A DNA stretch of 64,000 nt from Octopus vulgaris (lineage: Eukaryota): contig OX597825.1 of NCBI GenBank assembly GCA_951406725.2, positions 84,196,001-84,260,000 of the forward strand, read 5' to 3'. Shown here piece after piece: positions 1 through 13,150 of this stretch. Positions within the stretch are counted from its first letter, which is position 1; every line of letters begins with the position of its first letter. Below the pieces are notes generated by a model. It searched no databases. It worked only from the letters and a program-made list of their open reading frames with translations, and was not told the origin of the DNA. The position numbers and the translations under genes are program-made.

Positions 1-1140
1 GTTTGTCTTTGGATGGAATTCTCTCTGAATCAAGTTCCGCTTCCCCTCAACACTGCCACAGTCACTAAACAGATCTGATCATTCGGTTTATCGATATTCG
101 ATCAGTTCTTTTTACTGTGAACGAAATTTCTTTCAAGCCTCGATTCCAGTTATTCATTCTTACGCAGAGTTGAACATTTACTTGCCATTGTTGTTGCTGT
201 TGTTCTTGTTGCAGCTGTTGTTTGTCGTTGATCATGTTGTTGTTTACATAATGCTCTTTTGCTTTATTACTTTCTCTCTCGGAGCTACCATATGTTTCTA
301 ACCCTGGAAACACCTTTCCATTGCCACGTTTCCATCGTTTATTCTGTGACAAACGATACGTTGTCTTGAATGCATATCAGATGACATTTTAACACATATC
401 CAAAACATCTCTTTATCTCAAAACTTTACACTTCCTGCTTAAACTAACCACAAACGTCACCTATCTACATCTTTACACTCCCTGTTATAAGAACAGCAAA
501 AACTATCTTTCTATCTTTATATCTATACTGGTATCTATATAGATGTCAACTTGGATGCGCCAATTTCTTTAGTTTCTTTATTGACGAAGGAAGTATCACC
601 TGCAGAATGTCTGTTTCTCCTTGACTAGATATCGGCTGACATTTTAACACATCTCCAAACATACAGTCTTTCTTTTCACTCTTCACACGAACAGTTTCTT
701 TTCATGTCTTCCTTCTACATCGCTTTCCGCGAACAAAAATTGAGAATTACTAATTCGCTTTCATGACTTGGAATTTTAAACAAAGTTAATATCTAATATC
801 TTGTATGTATGTATGTATGTATGTATGTATGTATGTATGTATGTATGTATGTATGTATGTATGTATGTATGTATGTATGTATGTATGTATGTATGTATGT
901 ATGTGTGTATATGTATGTATGAATGTATGCTGTACGTATGTATGTATGTGTGTGCGTATGCATGTGTATATATGTATGCATGCATTATGCTTGTATGTAT
1001 TATGTCTGCATGTACGCATGTATGTATGTATGTATGTATGTTCGTACGTACTTATGTAAGAATGTATGTATGTATTATGCGTGTATGGATGTATTATGTA
1101 TATATATATATATATATATATATACATACATACATATATC

Positions 1141-1306
1141 GTGGCACTCCGTCGGTTACGACGACGAGGGTTTCAGTTTTGATCCGATCAATGGAACAGC
1201 CTGCTCGTGAAATTAACGTACACGTGGCTGAGAACTCTACAGACACGTGTACCCTTAACATAGTTCTCGTGGATATTCAGCGTGACACAGAGTGTGACAA
1301 AGTTGG
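1141..1306 (+). mobile_element. Dispersed repeat (SINE-like 3' segment)
   Basis: gcactccgtcggttacgacgacgaggg...acccttaac..ttcagcgtgacacagagtgtgacaa; degenerate second copy at ~29030-29160. Confidence 0.6.
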
Positions 1307-2570
1307 TATCTTGTCTATAGATGAAAAAATCTTAAAAAAACAACAAATTATCAAAAGCAAAAACAGCCGAAAACACTAAAACTCATTCTCACTGGAGCAA
1401 AAACGCGCAAAGAAACTCTCAATCGAACGTCACAAAATGCGGGAGAACAAACTGCGGTAGTTGCCTTTACCGTAACGAGGGACGAGACTTTAAATTCAAA
1501 GGAGGCCAAACCTTAAAGTCAAGTCCAATCTCACCTGCAACACAGAAATCTTGATCTACGTTTTTCACATGCAATGATTGCCAACATAATTACATAGGTT
1601 AGATGGGTGGATGACAACATAATTACATAGGTCGGAATGACGACCCATCGCCAACAGATCCGAGACAACAGCACAAGGAAAATTCCTTTAAGCAGCCACA
1701 TTGCAGCCTGTGCAGAAATGGTCTTACCTAATTTCAAAATATTCCTCTTCACAAGTGTGCAAATTCCTTCAATCAGCAACACACACTGAATAAAGGAAGA
1801 GAATTTAACAAGTATAAACCTCAATTAAACATACACCCAACTATAACTAATATATAAGAACAGACACTTAGAAACAATTTTAAGCAATTTCACACATTTT
1901 ATTATCATTAAAAAAATATTCCCATCATCTCCTACATCTTTTTTCAATACACATATATGTCACCATAGACGCACAAAAACACGCACAAACACAAACCCCC
2001 ACACAAACATGCACACAAACACAAAAAAGAAAACACATACACACAGGTGGAGATATTTAAAAGAATAGATCTACCCCCCCCCCCCCAAAAAAAAAAAATT
2101 CCTAATTCTTTTTTCAACAAGAGAAATGCTTCACAGCATACACACTCCCTCAACTCATAGCTGGTCATTTTTCAAAACATATTGAAAGGGCAGTCAACAC
2201 AATATACATACACAGGTGGACATAAATCCCATTAAAAATATGTTTTTTAGCCATTCCCTTGTCAGGAACACAAAAATTTCTTTTAGACAATAGACACCCC
2301 TTCCCTCACTCTCTAACACTTTGTATTCTACTCCAAACTATGTTTAAAGAAAAATTAAACGAAAAATCTCCAGACATGTTCTTAACCATCAGACAGAAGA
2401 TATTTCAATTGTTTCTCAATTTTTATAAATTTCTACCAATATTTGATGAGATGAAATACATCGAAATATTAATATTTTTTATCTATATAATCTTTTATTA
2501 AATTTCCACCTAAACTGAAATGTCGTATTCTTAATTCTCTGGTATTTCCACCGCCATCTTTTTATATACA

Positions 2571-2886
2571 GGCTCAGGAGTGGCTGTGTGGTAAGTAGCT
2601 TGCTTACAAACCACATGTTTTCTGGTTCAGTCCCACTGCGAAACTGAAAGAATCCCGTCGTACATATGTATATACATATGGATGTGTATGATTGTGTGTC
2701 TGTGTTCACCATCCCCGAACATCACTTGACAACCGATGCTGGTGCGTTTACGTTCCCGTAACATTAGCGGTTCGGCAAAAGGGAGCCGATAGACTAAGTA
2801 CTTGGCTTACAAAGAATAAGTCATGAAGGCGGTGCTTCAGCATGGCCGCAGTCAAATGACTGAAACGAATAAAAGAATAAAAGAAC
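2571..2886 (+). mobile_element. tRNA-derived SINE family A, internally deleted
   Basis: A-box tggctgtgtggtaag, B-box ggttcagtccc; body aaccgatgctggtg..agcatggccgcagtcaaatgactgaaac; aaaagaat tail; multiple copies in window. Confidence 0.85.
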
Positions 2887-3104
2887 ATAATTTATATAAA
2901 TGTATCTGGGTAGAATTACATAGAAACTTATGAAATATTTTGGTTGTTACGTTTAGAGTTGTTCATAAAAGCAAATGTATATATAGAAGGAAGTGCGTAG
3001 GTAAATATCCATATATGCATGTACATGCATATATTTAAATACGCGTTTGCATAAATCTATAGATATTTTTATATTGAGCAAGTTATTTAGTGACGAATGA
3101 TTGC

Positions 3105-3176
3105 ATATATACATACATACATGCATACATACATACATTCTTAAATATATACATACATACATACATACATACATAC

Positions 3177-3207
<31 letters not shown>

Positions 3208-3224
3208 CATACATACAAACATTC

Positions 3225-3255
<31 letters not shown>

Positions 3256-3292
3256 CATACTTACATACATACATACATACATACAAACATTC

Positions 3293-3323
<31 letters not shown>

Positions 3324-3360
3324 CATACTTACATACATACATACATACATACAAACATTC

Positions 3361-3391
<31 letters not shown>

Positions 3392-3496
3392 CATACTTAC
3401 ATACATACATACATTCATACATACATACACACATACATACATACATACATACATACATACATACTTACATACATACATACATACATACAAACATTC

Positions 3497-3527
<31 letters not shown>

Positions 3528-3620
3528 CATACATACATACATACATACTTAAATACATACATACATACATACATACATACGTACATACATACATTCACAT
3601 ATACATACATACTTGCATAC
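3105..3620. repeat. (ACAT)n microsatellite with 68-bp higher-order structure
   Basis: Variant aaacattctt at 3217, 3285, 3353 and 3489. Confidence 0.9.
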
Positions 3621-3857
3621 ATAATAAGAAGCAGAAAATGATACAGGTATATACACATATATATATTATTTATTAAAACAATGGTTCTAACAAGTGCAGT
3701 CTAGTTTCCATGACTTTGGAATTATATAGGAATACACACACACGCACACACACATGCACACACACACACATACACATATATATATATACATATATATATA
3801 TGTTTATATGTTTATATATACACAATATATACATTCATATATTTAGATATATACATA

Positions 3858-3971
<114 letters not shown>

Positions 3972-4266
3972 CATACATACATATGGACGTCCATTTACGA
4001 ATAGAAAATTATTTCTTTAAAAGATCTAATTTTCTGTATATGTTTACCTGCATAATGTATGCACATACATAGTGCTTTCATATACACATACATATATACA
4101 TACCTATATACATATGCGTATTTATTCATGTATAGTAAAAAGAATATTCCTACACATGTACACATAATTCATGCAAACATGTAAACATGTAGAAACTTGA
4201 TGTATACATACGTTTAACCACATGTATATCTATTTCCATACATACATATATCTATATCTACTTACG

Positions 4267-4340
<74 letters not shown>

Positions 4341-4404
4341 GCTGTCTATCTATTTATCTATCTATCTATATATAAATGTATTTGTGTATAGGTGTATACA
4401 CACA

Positions 4405-4494
<90 letters not shown>

Positions 4495-5556
4495 TGTATG
4501 TACACCCTCTCAGAGAGTCAGATGTATGCATTCATATTTTATTATCAATATATACTTCCAGAACAAAAGCGAGATATGTCTACTTGCATCACATCATGTG
4601 TATGTTTATATATATATATATAAATGTATGTGTTTGTGTGTGTGTGTGTTTGTGATGAAATGAAACAACGTAAGAATGCTTATACACACTCGTATGCAAC
4701 GCTATTAAAAAATAATAGCCGTAAACCTGTACACACACACATCGATATAAGATACTCGCATATGTGTAATATGAATATGTGTACGCACACACACACACAC
4801 ACACACACATAACGTATATGTTTGTGAATGAGAAATTTTATTGGTATACATAAAAATAATAAAATATTAACGGAGAAAATATTTTTTTTTTTTTTTTTTT
4901 TTGAAAGCGGCCATTATAAACACCACGAGTTTTTACACATATCTAATTGAATCATTAATTTTACATCCTACAGAGAATAATATTAGAAAGCCATTTGCAA
5001 CCATAATTACTTCGATATATGTAAATATATTCAAACATTTTCGCTGTTGTTATTGTTGTTGTTCTTGATGCTGCTGTTGCCGCTCGGTTCTGCGATGGTT
5101 TATATAGCGCTGACGTTGGTGTCATTGTCGTCAGCACAGCGATATGTTCAGCATGGCGTTGATGTGGTTGAAATACATGTGAGTAATATCGTGTGGATAA
5201 TGCGTTTGCTGTGTGTTTGTCTGTGTGTATGATTGTGTATGTGTATGTGTATGTGTGGGTGTATGAATGTGTGTGGAATGAATGTGTGTGTATGTGTGTG
5301 TATTTGTGTTTGTGTGCTCGCGTGTGAGGCTGTTTCCTGTTAATCTAAGTGTATGTATTTTTTTATGAAAGAATGTCATTTCATGTCGTATACATGTACA
5401 AAGATAGATATACATACATACATACAGACAGACAGATAGGTAGACAGGCAGACAGACACACAGACGGGTATGCACACATACATGCATACACATGCATACA
5501 TACACGCATGAATGCATACATACATACATACATACATACATACATAGAAATAAATA

Positions 5557-5660
5557 CGAGGTGAAGTCAAAAATTACCCGCACTTTTGCCATAACATAAC
5601 TTTATTATTGTCACACTGCCTTCTGCGCATGCGTACTTATAAATGGTACTATGGTGGTCT
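5557..5660. mobile_element. Mariner-like terminal fragment
   Basis: tacgaggtgaagtcaaaaattacccgcac resembles a mariner TIR after TA; no partner TIR found. Confidence 0.35.
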
Positions 5661-5663
5661 TCA

Positions 5664-5805
5664 ACTGGTACTTACCATATCGACCCTGGAAGGGATAAAA
5701 TATGAATTCGGCATCTACGAAATTTGAACTCAGAACGTAAAGATACACGAAATGCCACTAAGCAGTCTGCGCGGCGCGCCACCGATTCTACCAACTCACC
5801 GACTA
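5664..5805 (-). mobile_element. SINE family B fragment
   Basis: ctggtactta..tcgaccctggaaggga..gaaatttgaactcagaacgtaaag matches the 58.0-58.5 kb copy; similar fragments at 18830-18940, 21888-21980 and 29335-29450. Confidence 0.7.
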
Positions 5806-5860
5806 ACAGCACTGCAATATTGATGTGGCTATAAAGAAATATGATACAATTAGCATTTAT

Positions 5861-6029
<169 letters not shown>

Positions 6030-6046
6030 ATAAATATATATGTATA

Positions 6047-6142
<96 letters not shown>

Positions 6143-6640
6143 TATATGTGTGTGTATTTATATATATCTATCTGTCTGTCTGTCCTTGTTTGTTTCTTTG
6201 TTTGCTTGTTTCTGTCTGGACATTTCGGGTATTCTGTGTCAATTATTGTTCGTTTGAGAAAAAAAAACATTCTGAAAACCATTATTCTTCGTATTGTTTT
6301 GCGTCTTGCCTCGGTGCGCTGTCTAACAAACATTCCCATTATGTATTCTCTAGATATGTCATTATTGTTTCCGTTTATAGGAACAGTACACGTACGGCTC
6401 AAAGGTGCCTTCATCGACGCCTACTCGCTTGAAGCCATCGAAGAATGATGACATAAGAATATCATTGGAAATAATTTTCAGAAAAGCTTCCCTGAATCGA
6501 TAAGCGTAGGTAGGGTGAGCCCTGACCACCAACGATATTTATGGAAGGGTCTTATAGTAAGTGATTTCAACGTGTGAGAAATTGTGAGCTTCGACAGACA
6601 GCAGCTTCTCATAAAATCAAATACATATACATACATTATG

Positions 6641-6699
<59 letters not shown>

Positions 6700-6836
6700 C
6701 TATATATATACACAGTGTATGGTATTATAAGTTCAGCAAAATACGTTGTTTAATAAAATGAAGCAGCATGAAACGATTGTAATACACTACCTTGGATATC
6801 CTTGTTGCTTATTTCGATTACACACACACACACACG

Positions 6837-6901
<65 letters not shown>

Positions 6902-7111
6902 ATATACATATGTATATATTATGTATGTATTTATGCGTCTCTATACACAGTTTTATTTATTTGCAAATGTCGGGAAAAAAGTAATACTTCATATTTTTTT
7001 TTACCAAAGAACATATCGTAATAAATGTCTGTGCAAAGGACTTTGTTTTTATCAATTTCGGACAATAATATCTATTAAAAGGAAAATGATGACAACAACA
7101 ACAACAACAAC

Positions 7112-7187
<76 letters not shown>

Positions 7188-8018
7188 AATAATAGTAATA
7201 ATAATAATAATAATAATAATGATAATAATAACAAATAATAATAATAGTAGTAATAATAATAATAATGATAAAAATAATGATAATAATAACAAATAATAAT
7301 AATAGTAGTAATAATAATAATGATAATAACAACAACAACAATGACAATGATATTGATAATAATAATAATGATAGTAATAATATTAATAATAATATTGATA
7401 ATATTGATAATAGTAAAATACCAATTCTATTTTTGTTTTAGTGTTTTTCTTATTTGTTTATTTTTATTTCTATAAATGCAGTGAGTAATTTGTGTTTACG
7501 GTTACTTTGTTGCTCGGAATGAAAATTATCAATAGCTTTTAGTTATAATACTTTCAATTTCCATTAAAATATTTCGCTTTCCAATACTATACTAGGATTC
7601 CGAAGTTTTCTCTAAAAATCTGCTATTGATATCGATATTAATGTTTCCAGAATAGCAACCGGTCCAGGTGTAAGATAATAGATGCATTAAGCTATGACAT
7701 TACGGCGAATGAACGACCAGGTACTTTGACGATCGAACAAGTAGCATACGCAGTCACAAACCTGTAATTAGCTCATGACAGACAAAAACGTCAAAAAAAA
7801 AAAAAAGGAAAAGCTGGTCTCTTGTATGTATTATTATTATTATTATTATTACTTTCGTCTTAGTACACTAGGATTCTATACCAATATTACAATAAACGCC
7901 ATGTTACAACACAGAGAAATTTCAACCTGGGGAAATACACATCTGCAATATAAAACGTGTGCAAGCAGTTTCAGTTCAGATAAATTTACTTCTGAACATC
8001 GGAAATGAATAGAATATA

Positions 8019-8229
8019 TGAGATGAGATGCATCACGAAGTTTTGTCAGTGAACAGGTCGCCGTCTCAAAGCGACGAAAATATTTTGACAAATTAAATTT
8101 TATGTTGAAGTGAATCGAACGGTTTTTGTGTCTTTCTTAAGTGGCTTACAAACACCTTCCACGCTGCAATTGTTTTCGTTCCAGCACACGATTTCAGATC
8201 AAGTCACTCGCTATGCAAGTACATCTCCG
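8019..8229 (+). mobile_element. Short insert resembling a solo Penelope-like pseudo-LTR, flanked by an 11-bp direct repeat
   Basis: aatagaatata at 8008-8018 and 8230-8240 (candidate TSD); contains a hammerhead fold at 8042-8092. Confidence 0.6.
8042..8092 (+). ncRNA. Minimal type I hammerhead ribozyme fold, G3-C8 core variant
   Basis: TTTGTCA-GTGAACA-G-GTCGC-cgtctcaaa-GCGAC-GAAA-ATAT-T-T-TGACAAA: 7-bp helix I, 5-bp helix II, GAAA, palindromic helix III (AATATT). Confidence 0.65.
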
Positions 8230-8350
8230 AATAGAATATAGTTTCTGGAATTTTAGGAAGATTGACGAATTGGTAGAAATGCTGAAGAATCGGATATAAA
8301 TGAAGGAAGAGCAACGGAATTTCAACTTGTCCATCTTTTCTGGCTTTAAG

Positions 8351-8823
<473 letters not shown>

Positions 8824-9529
8824 ATAGTTTTGTCGTTCAATAAAGTTAATCTATGAAAACCAATACCCTTAAGATACAGTGGTCGATTTTATCGGCAAAA
8901 CTCTCCTCCAAATAAAATGATAGTATTTTCATAGTAAAATGTATTCCTTGGTGTATACCAGTTGATAGCCAACACCGTAAGGCAAGAAGAGATAAGCAGC
9001 TTGGAAGATGTGAGTGTGTTTAATACTCTGTTGAAATAAATTAATTTGACTTTTACATATTAAGTCTTTTAACATCCAGTTAAAATAATCAATTAGATTT
9101 TGTTGTATCACGTATATAAAGATTTTTAACTTGATTTACATGGCGTTATATAGAGTTGTTGTCTTTTAATCGGAGTCTTTCCAGTCGTGACCATCTAGTA
9201 GTAAGGAAGTTCACCTCGCAACCATAGAGTTCGTCCGACTGTGTGGCATCTTGGGTGGGAGTTTTCTGCCATCATCGCAAGTCAGTCAATAACCTTTAAA
9301 CGAAACTGGTTAGCGGAAGCTGCAGTAATCCGCCGCAAACACACATCCGTTTACACACATCCGGACACACAGACGCACAAACGTATAGTTCTGTGGAAAA
9401 AAGCAAGAAGGAGAGATAAGTAATCGGGAATTAAACATTAAGCAACTTTAAATTCGCCGATAGTATCTTATGAGTTGCGACATCTTACCGCGGTACATAA
9501 CGGCCTTATACAAAACTCACCATTATCAT

Positions 9530-9574
9530 TTCATTCTGAAGACGAGGCTGAAAATGTCTTGACACGTTAATGGA
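9530..9574 (+). ncRNA. Degenerate minimal hammerhead ribozyme fold
   Basis: TTCATT-CTGAAGA-C-GAGGC-tgaaaat-GTCTT-GACA-CG-TT-AATGGA; GAAA mutated to GACA; followed by an AATAAA-containing tail. Confidence 0.5.
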
Positions 9575-9780
9575 CTTAAGATCACTATTATTGCAAATTA
9601 TCATAAAGGGGATAATAAAGAAACTCGAAAATATTACAAGAACAATGTTAGAATTGATCGCAGATATGTCTTCAATGTAAAACAAACACACACACTTGTA
9701 CATTTTATATATAAGTTTTATACATATATATATATATATGTATACACACACATATACGTATATGTATATGTATATGTATA

Positions 9781-9828
<48 letters not shown>

Positions 9829-9955
9829 CATGTATATATGTATATATATATATATATACATATGTATATATATACACACACATATATATATGTATATATA
9901 TATATATATATATGTATATTCGTGTATTTATCTATCGATCTGTTTGTGTATATAC

Positions 9956-10012
<57 letters not shown>

Positions 10013-10402
10013 ATATATATGTATATTTATACTCACACAGACATATACATACGCTCAGTTTCCTTATTCACGTAATACATAATTTCGGCATATACTCACA
10101 CACTCAAAGACACACAGCGACACACATACACTTACACACACGCCCACACACACACACACAAACGCACACGCACGCCTGCACACACACACGCACACATACA
10201 TACATACATACTTATAGGCTTATACCCATACATATACACATATAAGTGTATATAAATACCTATCTGTCTGTATGTATAGCACGTACACAATGTCATAACT
10301 ACGCTAATATCTCTCTTAGAATTTACGTCATACTTTACAAATAACGCATTAATTCGCCACCAAATTTCCCTTGAGCACTTCCATAGATGTCTCTTCTCAC
10401 AT

Positions 10403-10437
<35 letters not shown>

Positions 10438-10778
10438 CCTCTACTTCTCTCACTTATCTGTCATTTATTATATAACATCTAACCTATAATACACCTCTAT
10501 GACAATTAATCATTAATTTTATCTATTGAACACCCGTAGTAATATATATATATTTTACATCTAACATCTCATTCTTACATTAGATAAACAAAGGAAGTTA
10601 CGTTAGTGTCACTCTACTCATTTCATCAATTTTTACACTTATCTGACCTCTGTCGCGAAATCTCTATTCAAAAATATAAAACCTATTAATCTATAAATGT
10701 GTAAATGTTGTAAGAATCTACTCGATAAAAGTCGAAATATTAATATTAATGGAATTACACTAATATTTGTCACTTAAG

Positions 10779-11440
10779 AAGGTGGTGAGCTGGAAGAATC
10801 GTTGGCACGTCAGGGCGGCACGCCGGGTGAAATGTTTAGCAGTGTTTCGTCTCTCTTTACGTTCTGAGTTCAAAATCCGCCGAGGTCGACTTTGCCGTTC
10901 ATTCTTTCGGGGTTGATAAATTAAGTACCAGTTACGCACTGGGGTCGATGTAATCGACTTGACCCCTTCCTCTCTCCTTGTTTGTCCCCTCTGTATTTAA
11001 CCCCTTGTGGGCAATGAAGAAATAAGAAACGTTAGCACGCTGGGCGAAATGCTTAGCAGTATTTCGTCTGTTCTGGGTTCAGTTCCTCTACGTGGCACTT
11101 TGGGTAAATGTCTTCTACTATAGCCTCGGGCCGACCAAAGCATTGTGAGTGGATTTGGTAGATGGAAACTGAAAGAAACCCGTTGTATATATATATATAT
11201 ATATATATGTATATGTATATAACTGTACATGTTTGTGTGTCTGTGTTTGTCCCTCCCACCATCGCTTGACAACCGATATTGGTGTATTTACGTCCCCGTA
11301 ATTTAGTGGTTCGGCAAAAGATACGCGTAGAATAAGTACTAGGCTTAGAAAGAATATGTCCTGAGGTTGATTTGTTCGACTAAATGCGGTACTCCAGCAC
11401 TGCCGCAATCAAATGACTGAAGCAAGTAAAAGAAAAAAAG
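10779..11440 (+). mobile_element. Composite SINE: family B, second B head, then family A body
   Basis: B head ggtggtgagctggaagaatcgttggcac...gagttcaaaatccgccgaggtcgactttg; second B head from ~11030 joins the family A body at gttctgggttcag (~11070). Confidence 0.85.
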
Positions 11441-11519
11441 ATTACATACATATATATATATATATATATATCAAATGTATGTATGTATGCATGCATATAT
11501 GTATGTATAGTCCATACAC

Positions 11520-11722
11520 GTTTTTTTTCTCTCTCCAATTTTCTCGATCTCTTTATCTTTTTTGACACCTCATTCTTTTTTTGTAAAAATAGCGATGGCT
11601 CGTAACTCGAAACGTCTAAGAGTTCTTTCATTTTTCCTGAGCCTGAAAGTATTACACCCTGCCTGTTCACTTTCCTCTCTCTGTCTGTTGTTTTTGTTTT
11701 TGTTTTGTGCATAATCTTCAAC
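11520..11722 (+). mobile_element. Degraded copy of the same pseudo-LTR family
   Basis: ctcgaaacgtctaagagttctttcatttttcctgagcctgaaagtattacacc resembles the 26330-26510 and 28085-28275 copies; the 5' half of the hammerhead core has decayed. Confidence 0.45.
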
Positions 11723-12034
11723 CACGCACACACACACACACACAAACTCACACGCACACGCACACATACACACACACTTATAGATAGATATATAACACTT
11801 TTCAGGAGCTGATAGAATCAAGGCCTATTTGAATAGCAAAACCACAAGGTCTTGGTTGAGGATAGCGCACCTGTGCATTTACGATATGTTCGGCTACTGA
11901 CATCCTTCAGTACTGACCGCATACGTAACGTGTACACAATGTTACACAGGAGTAGACTCATGCCGCGCATCCCACAGTAGACTATAGGCTCAATATTCAA
12001 CTCAGGGAGGGTTCCGAGTGTAGTGAACTATAAG

Positions 12035-12257
12035 CAATAACACAGATAGGTTGAGATTCACTACAACCGTTTCAGATGTGTTCTTTATTGATGAACAAAA
12101 TATTACACCACCAAGTAAAGAATCCTAAGTGTTAAAGTTTACTTTCAGTTTACCCTAAGAAAACGTTTTTTTTATTTTACTTGATGTAATATTTTGTGCA
12201 TCAATAAAGAACAGGTCTGAAACAGCTGTAGTGGACCACAACCCATCTGTGTTATTG
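12035..12257. repeat. Imperfect ~85-bp inverted repeat (12035-12119 / 12176-12257)
   Basis: caataacacagataggttgagattcactacaaccgtttcagatgtgttctttattgatgaacaaaatattac matches the reverse complement of the right arm with scattered substitutions. Confidence 0.8.
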
Positions 12258-12558
12258 TGTGTGTGTGCATCTGTATATATATATATATATATATACCTAT
12301 ATATGTATATATATATATATATATATATAGCAATATAGGTTGAAGTCCTTTTCTCTACAGAAAAGGAATCCATCAGGAAGCGTGGGCAGTATATTTAAAA
12401 AAACCGTTACGGTTGAAGTATATACATCATATAATTAAGGGCTAAAGAGGGTTATTCTAAAGCCAATACACTGATTTATCCACTTATAATCCGCTTGCTA
12501 CAGGAGAATTGAAACTGAAAACGGGCAACTAACCTTTAGAAAATTTAAATTTCGTTAT

Positions 12559-12621
12559 CTCTATATTGAATCAATTTCGGAATTAATCTTATAAAAAAGA
12601 TATATTCTTTCTTCAGTAGAG
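12559..12621 (-). ncRNA. Type I hammerhead ribozyme fold (left arm, identical mirror copy)
   Basis: Exact reverse complement of 12877-12939. Confidence 0.7.
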
Positions 12622-12876
12622 CTTTCGATGGGATATAAATAAAATACTCACGTATGATCATGGAAAAAGCACAAGCTAAAAACATAACTACACTTGCTAC
12701 GGTAGGACCGGTAACCATTACAATTTGTAGCGGCGAAAGGTCAAGACGTTGTTTCTGAAGCTGACCAAAGAATTTTTATTTTTAGATATAAATGATGTAC
12801 TCAAGTGTAGTTATGTTTTTAGCTTGTGCTTTTTCCATGATCATACGTGAGTATTTTATTTATATCCCATCGAAAG

Positions 12877-12939
12877 CTCTACTGAAGAAAGAATATATCT
12901 TTTTTATAAGATTAATTCCGAAATTGATTCAATATAGAG
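12877..12939 (+). ncRNA. Type I hammerhead ribozyme fold (right arm of inverted repeat)
   Basis: CTCTA-CTGAAGA-A-AGAAT..ATCTT..AAGAT..ATTCC-GAAA-TTGATTCAA-T-A-TAGAG: intact CUGANGA, GAAA and UH core, 5-bp helix I, ATTGA/TCAAT helix III; first helix II pair is an A-C mismatch. Confidence 0.7.
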
Positions 12940-13077
12940 ATAACGAAATTTAAATTTTCTAAAGGTTAGTTGCCCGTTTTCAGTTTCAATTCTCCTGTAG
13001 CAAGCGGATTATAAGTGGATAAATCAGTGTATTGGCTTTAGAATAACCCTCTTTAGCCCTTAATTATATGATGTTTA

Positions 13078-13150
<73 letters not shown>

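Larger units (their letters stand above)
12424..13074. mobile_element. 273-bp inverted repeat pair (12424-12696 / 12802-13074) with 105-bp spacer; probable inverted Penelope-like pseudo-LTR pair
   Basis: Arms read as exact reverse complements by eye; each arm carries a hammerhead fold pointing outward; right end abuts a (TA)n tract. Confidence 0.85.

Noticed and set aside
2571-2640. tRNA genes at SINE heads
   Set aside because: A and B boxes are present but continue into SINE bodies; no intact cloverleaf.
12425-12440. Terminus CATCATATAAT resembles an adenovirus-type protein-primed ITR
   Set aside because: Only a few bases match and no pPolB or capsid genes are nearby; the hammerheads in the arms fit Penelope-like pseudo-LTRs better.
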